From: Clostridia bacterium
GTDB taxonomy: Bacteria; Bacillota; Clostridia; Oscillospirales; CAG-272
Reading direction: 5' to 3'
Assembly: GCA_017403155.1 (NCBI GenBank)
Contig: JAFQOP010000014.1
Location: 15,270-79,269 of the forward strand
DNA length: 64,000 nucleotides
The stretch's first letter is position 1. Each line of letters starts with the position of its first letter. Positions 56,298 to 64,000 of the stretch are shown here, one piece after another. Under the pieces are notes generated by a model that was given only the letters and a program-made list of their open reading frames with translations, had not been told where the DNA came from and did no database searches. The translations under genes and the position numbers were made by a program.

Positions 56298-58556
56298 ATG
56301 GCAAATTTAGTAATAGTAGAATCTCCTGCAAAAGCAAATACAATAAAGGGCTATCTCGGCTCGAATTATAAGGTTATAGCATCAAAGGGTCATATCAGAG
56401 ACCTGCCTAAGAGCACCCTCGGTATTGATGTTGAAAACGGCTTTGAGCCGCATTATATCAACATTCGCGGCAAGGGCGACGTCATAAAGGAGCTCAAGCG
56501 CGAGGCAAAGTCGGCAGGAAAGATATTTCTGGCAACCGACCCTGACCGCGAGGGTGAGGCTATATCGTGGCATATTGCCACGCAGCTTGGCATCCCTCCC
56601 GAAAAGGAGTGCCGCGTAACCTTCAACGAAATAACGAAGAATGCTGTCAGAGAGGCTATTAAAAAGCCTCGCAGAATAAATATGGATCTTGTTAACTCGC
56701 AGCAGGCGCGCAGAATCCTTGACAGACTTATCGGCTTTAACCTCAGCCAGATTCTCTGGAAAAACGTAAAGAGCGGACTTTCCGGTGGAAGAGTGCAGTC
56801 GGTTGCTGTCCGAATCGTCACAGAGCGCGAGGAGGAGATCCGTGCATTTGTCCCCCGGGAGTACTGGACGGTAGATGCAGAGGTGCAGGGCGAAGGCGAT
56901 AAGACAACCGTAAAGCTCCACGGCAACAAGCGCGGTAAGCTCAAGCTCACCGATGAGACGGCGGCAAGCCGTGTCCTCGAGAAGATTGGCAACAGCCCCT
57001 TCAAGGTTACGTCGGTAAAGCACGCTGAAAAGCAGAAGCTGCCGTCTCCTCCCTTTACAACCTCGACACTTCAGCAGGATGCGTCGAGAAAGCTTGGATT
57101 CCAGGCGCAGAAGACCATGAAGGTCGCCCAGGAGCTGTACGACGGTCTTAATCTCGGTCATGAGCTTGGCGGTGTGCAGGGTCTTATTACCTATATGCGT
57201 ACCGACTCTCTGCGCATATCCGAGAGTGCCCAGGGTAGTGCTCTTGAATTTATTCGCGAGAATTACGGAAGCGAGTTTGCTCCCAAGAGACCGAGAGTAT
57301 ACAAGAGCAGCAATAATTCTCAGGATGCTCACGAGGCAATAAGACCCTCGAGCATAACCCTCACACCCAAGGCGGTCAGAAAAATGCTCACCTCCGACCA
57401 GTATAAGCTGTATAAGCTTATCTGGGAGAGATTCGTTGCAAGCCAGATGGCATCCGCTGTGTTTGATACTGTGTCCGTAGAGCTTGAGAACAACGGTTAT
57501 ATTTTCAAAACGGGCGGATACGTTGTAAAGAGCAAGGGATTCCTTGCAGTTTATGGAGATATCGACGAGGTTGAGGGTGACGAATTTGCCGCGTGCGGAC
57601 TTCCCGAAATGCGCGAGGGCGAGGAGCTTAAAAATCTCGGGCTCGCAAAAAGCCAGCATTTCACCGAGCCGCCTCAGCGCTACACCGAGGCTTCTCTCAT
57701 TAAATTCCTCGAGGAAAACGGCATTGGTCGCCCCTCGACCTATGCTCCGATTATTTCTATCATCGTTTCTCGCGATTACGTAAAGAGAGACGGAAAATCC
57801 CTTGTGGGTACCGAGCTCGGTGCGGTTATAACCAAGTTCACACGTGAGTATTTCCCCGAAATAATCGACTACGAGTATACTGCCTTCATGGAGGAGAATC
57901 TCGACTCCATAGAGCATAAGAAGAATACAATAATCGGAGTTATCTCCGATTTCTACGCCACCTTTGCTGCAGAGCTTGAGAAGGCATCGAAGAGCGAGGC
58001 GAAGGTGAAGATAGAGCCAACCTACGAGGTGAGCGACGTTGTCTGCGAGATATGCGGTGCCAGAATGGTTTACAAGAACGGGCGCTACGGCAGATTCCTT
58101 GCGTGCCCCAGTTATCCTGCCTGCAGGAACACAAAGGCTCTTGACAAGGATGGCAACATTGTAAAGCCTGAGCCGGAGCGTGCTCCCAGGCTTGCGGGCT
58201 TTGCGTGTGAGGTTTGCGGTGCGGATATGGTTGTCAGACGCGGCAGATACGGTGTGTTCTATGCCTGCTCAAATTATCCGACCTGCAGCTTCACCAAGCA
58301 AAAGACGACCGACACGGGAGCCAAGTGTCCCGCCTGCTCGTCTAAAATCCTGGCACGCCACGGAAAGGGAAGAACACTCTTTTACAGCTGTGAGAGGTAT
58401 CCCGAGTGCAATTTTTCAAGCTGGGATATGCCCCTTGCAGAGAATTGCCCCGAGTGCGGAGAAATGCTCTATTACAGAAAGAGCAAGAAAATAGTTATGT
58501 GCAAGAGCAAGACTTGCGATTACAAAAGAGATGAGGAAATGACGGTAATCGAATAA
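56298..58556 (+). CDS. topA: DNA topoisomerase I
   Basis: LVIVESPAK, DPDREGE, GRVQS, ITYMRTD, AHEAIRP, GIGRPSTY and four C4 zinc ribbons. Confidence 0.98.
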   Translation: MANLVIVESPAKANTIKGYLGSNYKVIASKGHIRDLPKSTLGIDVENGFEPHYINIRGKGDVIKELKREAKSAGKIFLATDPDREGEAISWHIATQLGIPPEKECRVTFNEITKNAVREAIKKPRRINMDLVNSQQARRILDRLIGFNLSQILWKNVKSGLSGGRVQSVAVRIVTEREEEIRAFVPREYWTVDAEVQGEGDKTTVKLHGNKRGKLKLTDETAASRVLEKIGNSPFKVTSVKHAEKQKLPSPPFTTSTLQQDASRKLGFQAQKTMKVAQELYDGLNLGHELGGVQGLITYMRTDSLRISESAQGSALEFIRENYGSEFAPKRPRVYKSSNNSQDAHEAIRPSSITLTPKAVRKMLTSDQYKLYKLIWERFVASQMASAVFDTVSVELENNGYIFKTGGYVVKSKGFLAVYGDIDEVEGDEFAACGLPEMREGEELKNLGLAKSQHFTEPPQRYTEASLIKFLEENGIGRPSTYAPIISIIVSRDYVKRDGKSLVGTELGAVITKFTREYFPEIIDYEYTAFMEENLDSIEHKKNTIIGVISDFYATFAAELEKASKSEAKVKIEPTYEVSDVVCEICGARMVYKNGRYGRFLACPSYPACRNTKALDKDGNIVKPEPERAPRLAGFACEVCGADMVVRRGRYGVFYACSNYPTCSFTKQKTTDTGAKCPACSSKILARHGKGRTLFYSCERYPECNFSSWDMPLAENCPECGEMLYYRKSKKIVMCKSKTCDYKRDEEMTVIE

Positions 58557-59902
58557 TGCAGGACAAACCTACAATTAGAGTTATCGGTGCGGGGCTCGCA
58601 GGCTGCGAGGCGGCATATCAGGCAGCTAGGCTTGGCGCCTTCGTTGAGCTTTACGAGATGAAGCCGCACAAATTTTCGCCCGCTCACCACAGCCCCACCT
58701 TTGCCGAGCTTGTGTGCTCCAATTCCTTGCGCTCCAACGTAACCTCCAATGCAGTAGGCCTCCTCAAGGAGGAGCTAAAAAGAATGGGCTCTTTGATTAT
58801 GGAGGCGGCATATGCTACCGAGGTTCCTGCGGGAAGCGCTCTGGCAGTAAACCGCGAGGATTTTTCGGCGTATATTACCGAAAGGATAAAATCAAATCCG
58901 AGCATCAGAGTCATAGAGGGCGAGGTAACCGATATTCCCGAGGACGGCATTACGGTCATCGCGACAGGACCGCTGACGAGCGATGCACTTGCGGAGCATA
59001 TATCCGCGCTGACAGGCGGTGCAGAGCTTCATTTCTTTGACGCGGCGGCACCTATTATAGATTTTTCGAGCGTTGATATGTCACGTGCCTTTTTTGCCTC
59101 GCGTTACGGCAAGGGCGAGCCTACGGACTATCTTAACTGTCCTATGACAGCAGAGGAGTACGATGTGTTTTACCGTGCACTTATTTCTGCAGAGGGTGCA
59201 CCTCTGAAGGATTTTGATAGGGAGAGCCAGGCAGAGCCCACCGTTTTTGAGGGATGTATGCCCGTTGAGGTTATGGCAAAGCGCGGATATGACACTCTTC
59301 GGTTTGGACCGATGAAGCCCGTTGGACTTCCGTGCCCCGATACGGGGGAGGACGCGTTTGCCACGGTGCAGCTTCGTCGCGAAAACAGAGAGGGCACGAT
59401 GTATAATATAGTCGGCTTCCAGACGCATCTTACCTTTCCCGAGCAAAGGCGTGTTTTTAGAATGATACCGGGTCTTGAAAACGCAGAGTTCCTCAGATAC
59501 GGTGTTATGCACAGAAACACATATCTCAATTCCCCGGGATTTTTGACAAGCATTTATTCGGTTGCAAATAACCCCAACCTGTTCTTCGCAGGACAGATGA
59601 CCGGTGTTGAGGGATATGTTGAGTCAACGTCCTCCGGCTTCGTTGCGGGAATAAACGCGGCACTGAGGGCGCTTGGCAGAGAGGCGGTTGTATTTCCTAG
59701 AGAATGCGAGATTGGTGCGCTTGCACACTACGTCAGTGAGGGCGGCGTCAGCTCCGACTTTCAGCCAATGAATGCTAACTTTGGAATAATTGCTCCGTTT
59801 GATAAGAAAATTAAAGGAGGAAAGAGAGTGAGAAACGAGGCATATGCAGAGCGCTCGCTTGAAATAATAGATACCCGTTTTTCATATCTTAAGAACTCAT
59901 GA
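58556..59902 (+). CDS. trmFO: Folate/FAD-dependent tRNA m5U54 methyltransferase
   Basis: GAGLAGCEAA, ELVCSNSL, FEGCMP, VGFQT and AGQMTGVEGYVES. Confidence 0.96.
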   Translation: MQDKPTIRVIGAGLAGCEAAYQAARLGAFVELYEMKPHKFSPAHHSPTFAELVCSNSLRSNVTSNAVGLLKEELKRMGSLIMEAAYATEVPAGSALAVNREDFSAYITERIKSNPSIRVIEGEVTDIPEDGITVIATGPLTSDALAEHISALTGGAELHFFDAAAPIIDFSSVDMSRAFFASRYGKGEPTDYLNCPMTAEEYDVFYRALISAEGAPLKDFDRESQAEPTVFEGCMPVEVMAKRGYDTLRFGPMKPVGLPCPDTGEDAFATVQLRRENREGTMYNIVGFQTHLTFPEQRRVFRMIPGLENAEFLRYGVMHRNTYLNSPGFLTSIYSVANNPNLFFAGQMTGVEGYVESTSSGFVAGINAALRALGREAVVFPRECEIGALAHYVSEGGVSSDFQPMNANFGIIAPFDKKIKGGKRVRNEAYAERSLEIIDTRFSYLKNS

Positions 59903-60939
59903 GAATAATAGTTGACGTAATGAGTGGCGACAACGCGCCGCTTGAGATAATAAAGGGTGCCGTTCTCGCAGCAGAGGAGTATGAGGCAACCATCGTTATG
60001 GTCGGAGACGAGAACGTTATATCCGACATTTGCGTAAAAAATGATATAAAGCTTCCCGAGAATACAGAAATTGTAAACGCCGCCTCTGTAATCAGCATGG
60101 AGGATAAGCCCATGTCCGTTGTTCGTGACAAAAAGGATTCCTCGATGAGCGTAGGACTCCGTATGCTGGCAAACGGCGAGGGCGACGCCTTTGTAAGCGC
60201 GGGTAATACGGGTGCACTAGTAACGGGTGCGACTCTCATTGTGCGCCGTATCGTGGGTATAAACCGTCCTGCGATAGCCTCGGTGCTTCCCCTTGCCAAT
60301 CCCGTCCTTCTTATGGACTCGGGCGCCAACCTTACCGTAACGTCGGACAACATCGTCCAGTTTGCGTTTATGGGTGCTAAGTATATGGAAAAGATATACG
60401 GCATAGACCGTCCGAGAGTCGGTCAGCTTAATAACGGTACAGAGTATAATAAGGGAAACGAGCTTCAGGTTGAGTCATATCAGACTCTATCCGAGAGCGG
60501 ACTGAACTTTGTCGGCAACGTTGAATCCAAGGCTGTTCCGTTCGGTGTGTGCGACGTTCTTGTTTGCGACGGATACACGGGTAACATATTCTTAAAGAGC
60601 GTTGAGGGCATGGGAAAGTTCATGATGGATATTCTCAAGGACGTTCTTTATACCAACATAGCAACGCAGGTATCCGCCCTTACCATGAAGAGCAAGCTGC
60701 GCGATATCAAGCATAGATTCGATTCCTCCGAGCACGGCGGCGCGCCTATCCTCGGTGTAACAAAGCCTGTAATAAAGGCGCACGGCTCGTCTGATGCCAA
60801 CGCAATTAAAAATGCAATCAGGCAGGCCATTCACTTCGTTGATTCGGGTATCAACAAGGATATTATCAGCTTTGCGGCAGATTACGATGAGAAGAAGCTG
60901 CTCGCAGATGCTGAAAAAATGTACGGAACAAGAGTGTAA
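59899..60939 (+). CDS. plsX: Phosphate acyltransferase PlsX (housekeeping copy)
   Basis: VDVMSGDNAP, SAGNTGA, RPAIA, DSGAN, DGYTGN and KAHGSS; canonical plsX-rnc-smc context. Confidence 0.95.
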   Translation: MRIIVDVMSGDNAPLEIIKGAVLAAEEYEATIVMVGDENVISDICVKNDIKLPENTEIVNAASVISMEDKPMSVVRDKKDSSMSVGLRMLANGEGDAFVSAGNTGALVTGATLIVRRIVGINRPAIASVLPLANPVLLMDSGANLTVTSDNIVQFAFMGAKYMEKIYGIDRPRVGQLNNGTEYNKGNELQVESYQTLSESGLNFVGNVESKAVPFGVCDVLVCDGYTGNIFLKSVEGMGKFMMDILKDVLYTNIATQVSALTMKSKLRDIKHRFDSSEHGGAPILGVTKPVIKAHGSSDANAIKNAIRQAIHFVDSGINKDIISFAADYDEKKLLADAEKMYGTRV

Positions 60940-60956
60940 GATTTAAAGGAGGATGT

Positions 60957-61670
60957 ATGTCGATAGGCAGAGAGCTCACAGAGCTGTACGGTATAATTGG
61001 ATATTCCTTTCGTGATATATCGTATCTTGAAAACGCGATGACACACTCCTCCTATGCCAACGAGCGCCGCGGCAAGGGGATATATCCCTCTAATGAGAGA
61101 CTTGAATTTCTCGGAGATGCGGTGCTTGAAATGGTTATATCAGAGCATCTTTACGAGAACTTTGCTGGTAAAAGCGAGGGAACACTCACTAAAATGCGTC
61201 AGTATCTCGTATGCGAGAAGACCCTTGCCAAAATTGCAAATGAGATATCACTTGGAGAATTTCTGAACGTTGGGCGCGGCGAGGAGCTTACCGACTGCCG
61301 AAAAAGACCAAAGGTGCTTGCAGACGCTCTGGAGGCACTTATTGCCGCAATATATCTCGATTCGGGCAGGTCGCTCGAATTTGCAGCTCGCTCGGTGATA
61401 CTGTCCTTGTTCGGGGCTCAGATTGATAATTGCCCCGATATGCAGAAGGGCGATTTCAAGACCCTTTTGCAGCAGCTTGTTGAAAAGGATGGCGCGGCGC
61501 TCCTCGAATACCGCGTAGTAAACGAGGAGGGACCGGAGCATGACAAGGTGTTTACCGTAGAGGCTCTTGTAAATAACAACGTCGTGGGCAAGGGAAGCGC
61601 TACCACCAAGAAGGATGCGGAGCAGCTTGCTGCAAGAGATGCGCTTGCTCTGTTTGGTATTTCCGTATGA
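60957..61670 (+). CDS. rnc: Ribonuclease III
   Basis: THSSYANE, NERLEFLGDAVL, ADALEA and dsRBD (GPEHDK, KKDAEQ.AA). Confidence 0.97.
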   Translation: MSIGRELTELYGIIGYSFRDISYLENAMTHSSYANERRGKGIYPSNERLEFLGDAVLEMVISEHLYENFAGKSEGTLTKMRQYLVCEKTLAKIANEISLGEFLNVGRGEELTDCRKRPKVLADALEALIAAIYLDSGRSLEFAARSVILSLFGAQIDNCPDMQKGDFKTLLQQLVEKDGAALLEYRVVNEEGPEHDKVFTVEALVNNNVVGKGSATTKKDAEQLAARDALALFGISV

Positions 61671-62689
61671 GCCGACACGTAAATATTCCGGTCTTTATTC
61701 CTCACCTCGGCTGTCCTAACAGCTGTGTCTTCTGTAATCAAAGGAGCATTACGGGGGTCGGTGAATTTGACCCGGGCTCGGTACGCGACATAATTGAGGC
61801 AGCACTCGCCACGGTTGAGCCCGATGCGGAATGCGAGATCGCCTTCTTCGGTGGCTCGTTCACGGGAATTGATTACGACCTCATGATTTCTCTTCTGGAG
61901 ATAGCACACAGCTACGTCGTCGCAGGAAGGGTAAGGTCGATAAGATGCTCGACACGTCCCGATTATATAGACGAAAAAATACTTGACACTCTTGAGAGGT
62001 ATGACGTGAGAGTCATCGAGCTCGGACTCCAGAGCATGTCGGATGAGGTTCTCATGCAATCGAAGCGTGGGCATACCTCTGCCCGTGCCAGGCATGCGTG
62101 CGAGATGATAACCTCCCGTGGTTTTTCTCTTGTCGGTCAGATGATGATAGGACTCCCGGGCTCTACCGCGGAGGACGAAAAAAATACTGCCGCGCTAATC
62201 GCTGAGTGCGGCGCCACAGCGGCGAGGATATATCCTACTGTCGTTTTTAAAGATACGGAGCTTGAATATATGACGTGCGCGGGAGAGTACGCTCCTCTCG
62301 GGCTCGAGGAAGCAATCGAACGCTCCGCGGCAGCATACGAGATATTAAGAGGTCACGGTGTAGACGTAATCCGAATAGGTCTATGCTCCTCGGAGAATCT
62401 GACCGGCGAGGATACCTATTTTGCAGGACCTAACCACCCCGCTATCGGAGAGCTGGTTAAAAACGAATATTTTTACAAAAGAATAAAAGAAGCAACGGAA
62501 AGGCTTGCCCCCTCCGCAGGAGAGAGCCTTACTGTTGCGGTCAATCCTTCGTCACTGTCGATGGCGATAGGTCAGAAAAAGAGAAATAAGGAGCGCCTTA
62601 GCCGTGAATACCGAGGTGTCGGATTTGAATTCGTCGTAACGGACACGGTTGGCGCCTATGATATAATTGTTGAGATAAAAGGAGACTAA
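61667..62689 (+). CDS. Radical SAM protein (Elp3-like, rnc-smc associated)
   Basis: FIPHLGCPNSCVFCNQ, FFGGSFT, STRPD, IELGLQS, RIYPT and GPNHP. Confidence 0.9.
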   Translation: MSRHVNIPVFIPHLGCPNSCVFCNQRSITGVGEFDPGSVRDIIEAALATVEPDAECEIAFFGGSFTGIDYDLMISLLEIAHSYVVAGRVRSIRCSTRPDYIDEKILDTLERYDVRVIELGLQSMSDEVLMQSKRGHTSARARHACEMITSRGFSLVGQMMIGLPGSTAEDEKNTAALIAECGATAARIYPTVVFKDTELEYMTCAGEYAPLGLEEAIERSAAAYEILRGHGVDVIRIGLCSSENLTGEDTYFAGPNHPAIGELVKNEYFYKRIKEATERLAPSAGESLTVAVNPSSLSMAIGQKKRNKERLSREYRGVGFEFVVTDTVGAYDIIVEIKGD

Positions 62690-62690
62690 G

Positions 62691-64000
62691 ATGTATTTAA
62701 AATCGCTGGAGCTTCATGGTTTTAAATCCTTCCCGAACCGAACCGTGCTTACCTTTGAGCGTGGTGCGACTGTCATCGTCGGTCCTAACGGAAGCGGTAA
62801 GTCCAACATCTCCGACGCTATGCGTTGGGTTCTCGGTGAGCTTTCGAGTCGAAATATCCGAGGCACAAAGATGGAGGACGTTATATTCGGCGGTACAGAC
62901 GAGCGCCGTCCAATGGGCTTTGCTGAGGTATCTGTAACCTTCGACAACACCGATCCCGAGAACCGACTCGACTCCGCCTATGATGAGGTAATAGTAACCC
63001 GTCGCTACTTCCGTACGGGAGAGAGTGAATATCTTATCAACCGTCAGCCCTGCAGGCTTCGTGATATATACGAGCTCTTTATGAATACGGGTGTCGGCCG
63101 CGAGGGATATTCTATCATCGGTCAGGGTAAAATCGCGGAAATCATTTCCAAGAAGAGTGACGAGCGCCGCAGCATCTTTGAGGAGGCGGCGGGTATATCC
63201 AAGTACAGACACAGAAAAGAGGAAACCGAGCGTAAGCTTAAGCAAACGCAGGACAATCTCGACCGTGTAAAGGATATTCTTTCCGTGCTTGAGGCGCGAG
63301 TCGGTCCTCTTGAGAAGGAGGCAGAGAAGGCGCGCAAGGGTCTTGCGATATATGAGGAAAAGAAGAGAGCAGACGTTGCACTCTGGCTCTATGATACAGA
63401 GCAGGTAAAGAAGGATATCGACGAGGCAGAGCGCGCGTGGCGCCTTGCACAGCATGAGCTTGAGATAATTGACCAGATAATGGCCGATCTTGACGCACAG
63501 GAGAATGCTCTGTACGAGAAGGTGCAGGAGAACAAGGAGCTCTCGAACAGTCTTACCAACGAGATGATCGAGTCCAACCAGCGCCTCGGTGCACTTAATA
63601 CCGCACTTCTTACCGCAGATTCGGACTATGCGCATTCCGCAGAGATGATAGAGCAGTGCCGAATCAGAATTGACGAGCTCGACGGACAGATAAAGACTCT
63701 TACGGATAACAAATCCACACATGAGGAGAAGAAGGGCGAATTTGAGAGAGCACTTGCCGAGCTGATGGACAAGAGGCTCGAGCTTCTTTCCGAGCAGCAG
63801 CGCCTTACCGATAGAATAGAGGAGATACGGCATGCCCTTGACGAGGCTCTTGACGAGCTTACGGTAGAGGAGGGAACTTCTTCCAGCCTTCAGGTCAGAA
63901 TCGGTGTCCTCAAGAGCTCCAGTGTAAACGATAGCACAAAGAGCGAGGATATCGAGCGTGAGATTGCGGAATATGAACGCCGCGAGGCAGAGCTCAAGGC
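62691..64000 (+). CDS. smc: Chromosome segregation protein SMC (3' end runs off the window)
   Basis: Not in the ORF track. ATG 62691 after AAGGAG gives MYLKSLELHGFKSF...VGPNGSGKSNISDAMRWVLGE, then IIGQG, FEEAAG and coiled coil. Confidence 0.97.
   Translation, partial: MYLKSLELHGFKSFPNRTVLTFERGATVIVGPNGSGKSNISDAMRWVLGELSSRNIRGTKMEDVIFGGTDERRPMGFAEVSVTFDNTDPENRLDSAYDEVIVTRRYFRTGESEYLINRQPCRLRDIYELFMNTGVGREGYSIIGQGKIAEIISKKSDERRSIFEEAAGISKYRHRKEETERKLKQTQDNLDRVKDILSVLEARVGPLEKEAEKARKGLAIYEEKKRADVALWLYDTEQVKKDIDEAERAWRLAQHELEIIDQIMADLDAQENALYEKVQENKELSNSLTNEMIESNQRLGALNTALLTADSDYAHSAEMIEQCRIRIDELDGQIKTLTDNKSTHEEKKGEFERALAELMDKRLELLSEQQRLTDRIEEIRHALDEALDELTVEEGTSSSLQVRIGVLKSSSVNDSTKSEDIEREIAEYERREAELK

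Noticed and set aside
56382-57917. 511-aa minus-strand ORF
   Set aside because: Antisense shadow of topA. The same applies to 13690-14691, 16936-17679, 29573-30442 and 47740-48636 opposite other genes.
62697-63833. 378-aa minus-strand ORF
   Set aside because: Antisense to smc, which the ORF track missed because it has no stop in the window.
1-64000. CRISPR arrays, tRNA/rRNA, IS elements, prophage or defence genes
   Set aside because: No repeat-spacer structure, RNA gene signature, transposase or integrase motif seen; intergenic regions are short and mostly explained by promoters and terminators.

Overview
64 kb of core chromosome from a spore-forming Clostridia-type Firmicute (Oscillospirales/Christensenellales-like by gene order, an inference). 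No rRNA, tRNA, CRISPR array, integrase or transposase was seen. Most of the window is housekeeping: trkAH, argS, uvrBA-nrdG-dut, dxs-miaB-ylbF-mutSL-tgt, lon-engB-scpAB-ytfIJ-dacB-rluB, L20 leader-infC(ATT start)-rpmI-rplT, dprA-topA-trmFO-plsX-rnc-smc. The standout is a self-contained five-gene lipid operon (2730-7693): fatty acid kinase FakA, a divergent second PlsX, DegV/FakB, a YghO/bacterial ceramide synthase (bCerS)-like GNAT N-acyltransferase and a dedicated ACP. It has its own promoter overlapped by a palindromic operator and its own terminator, and no serine palmitoyltransferase is present in the window. It looks like a pathway that scavenges fatty acids and N-acylates an amine, possibly a sphingoid base. 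Also notable: an operon of two Gfo/Idh/MocA enzymes, two TIM-barrel isomerase-like enzymes and uxuAB without uxaC; a CMP kinase fused to a degenerate ParB/Srx-like domain; a membrane-anchored ClpX-type zinc finger protein; a collapsed GH95 pseudogene; and no acpP between plsX and rnc. All family assignments come from motif recognition by eye, not database searches.
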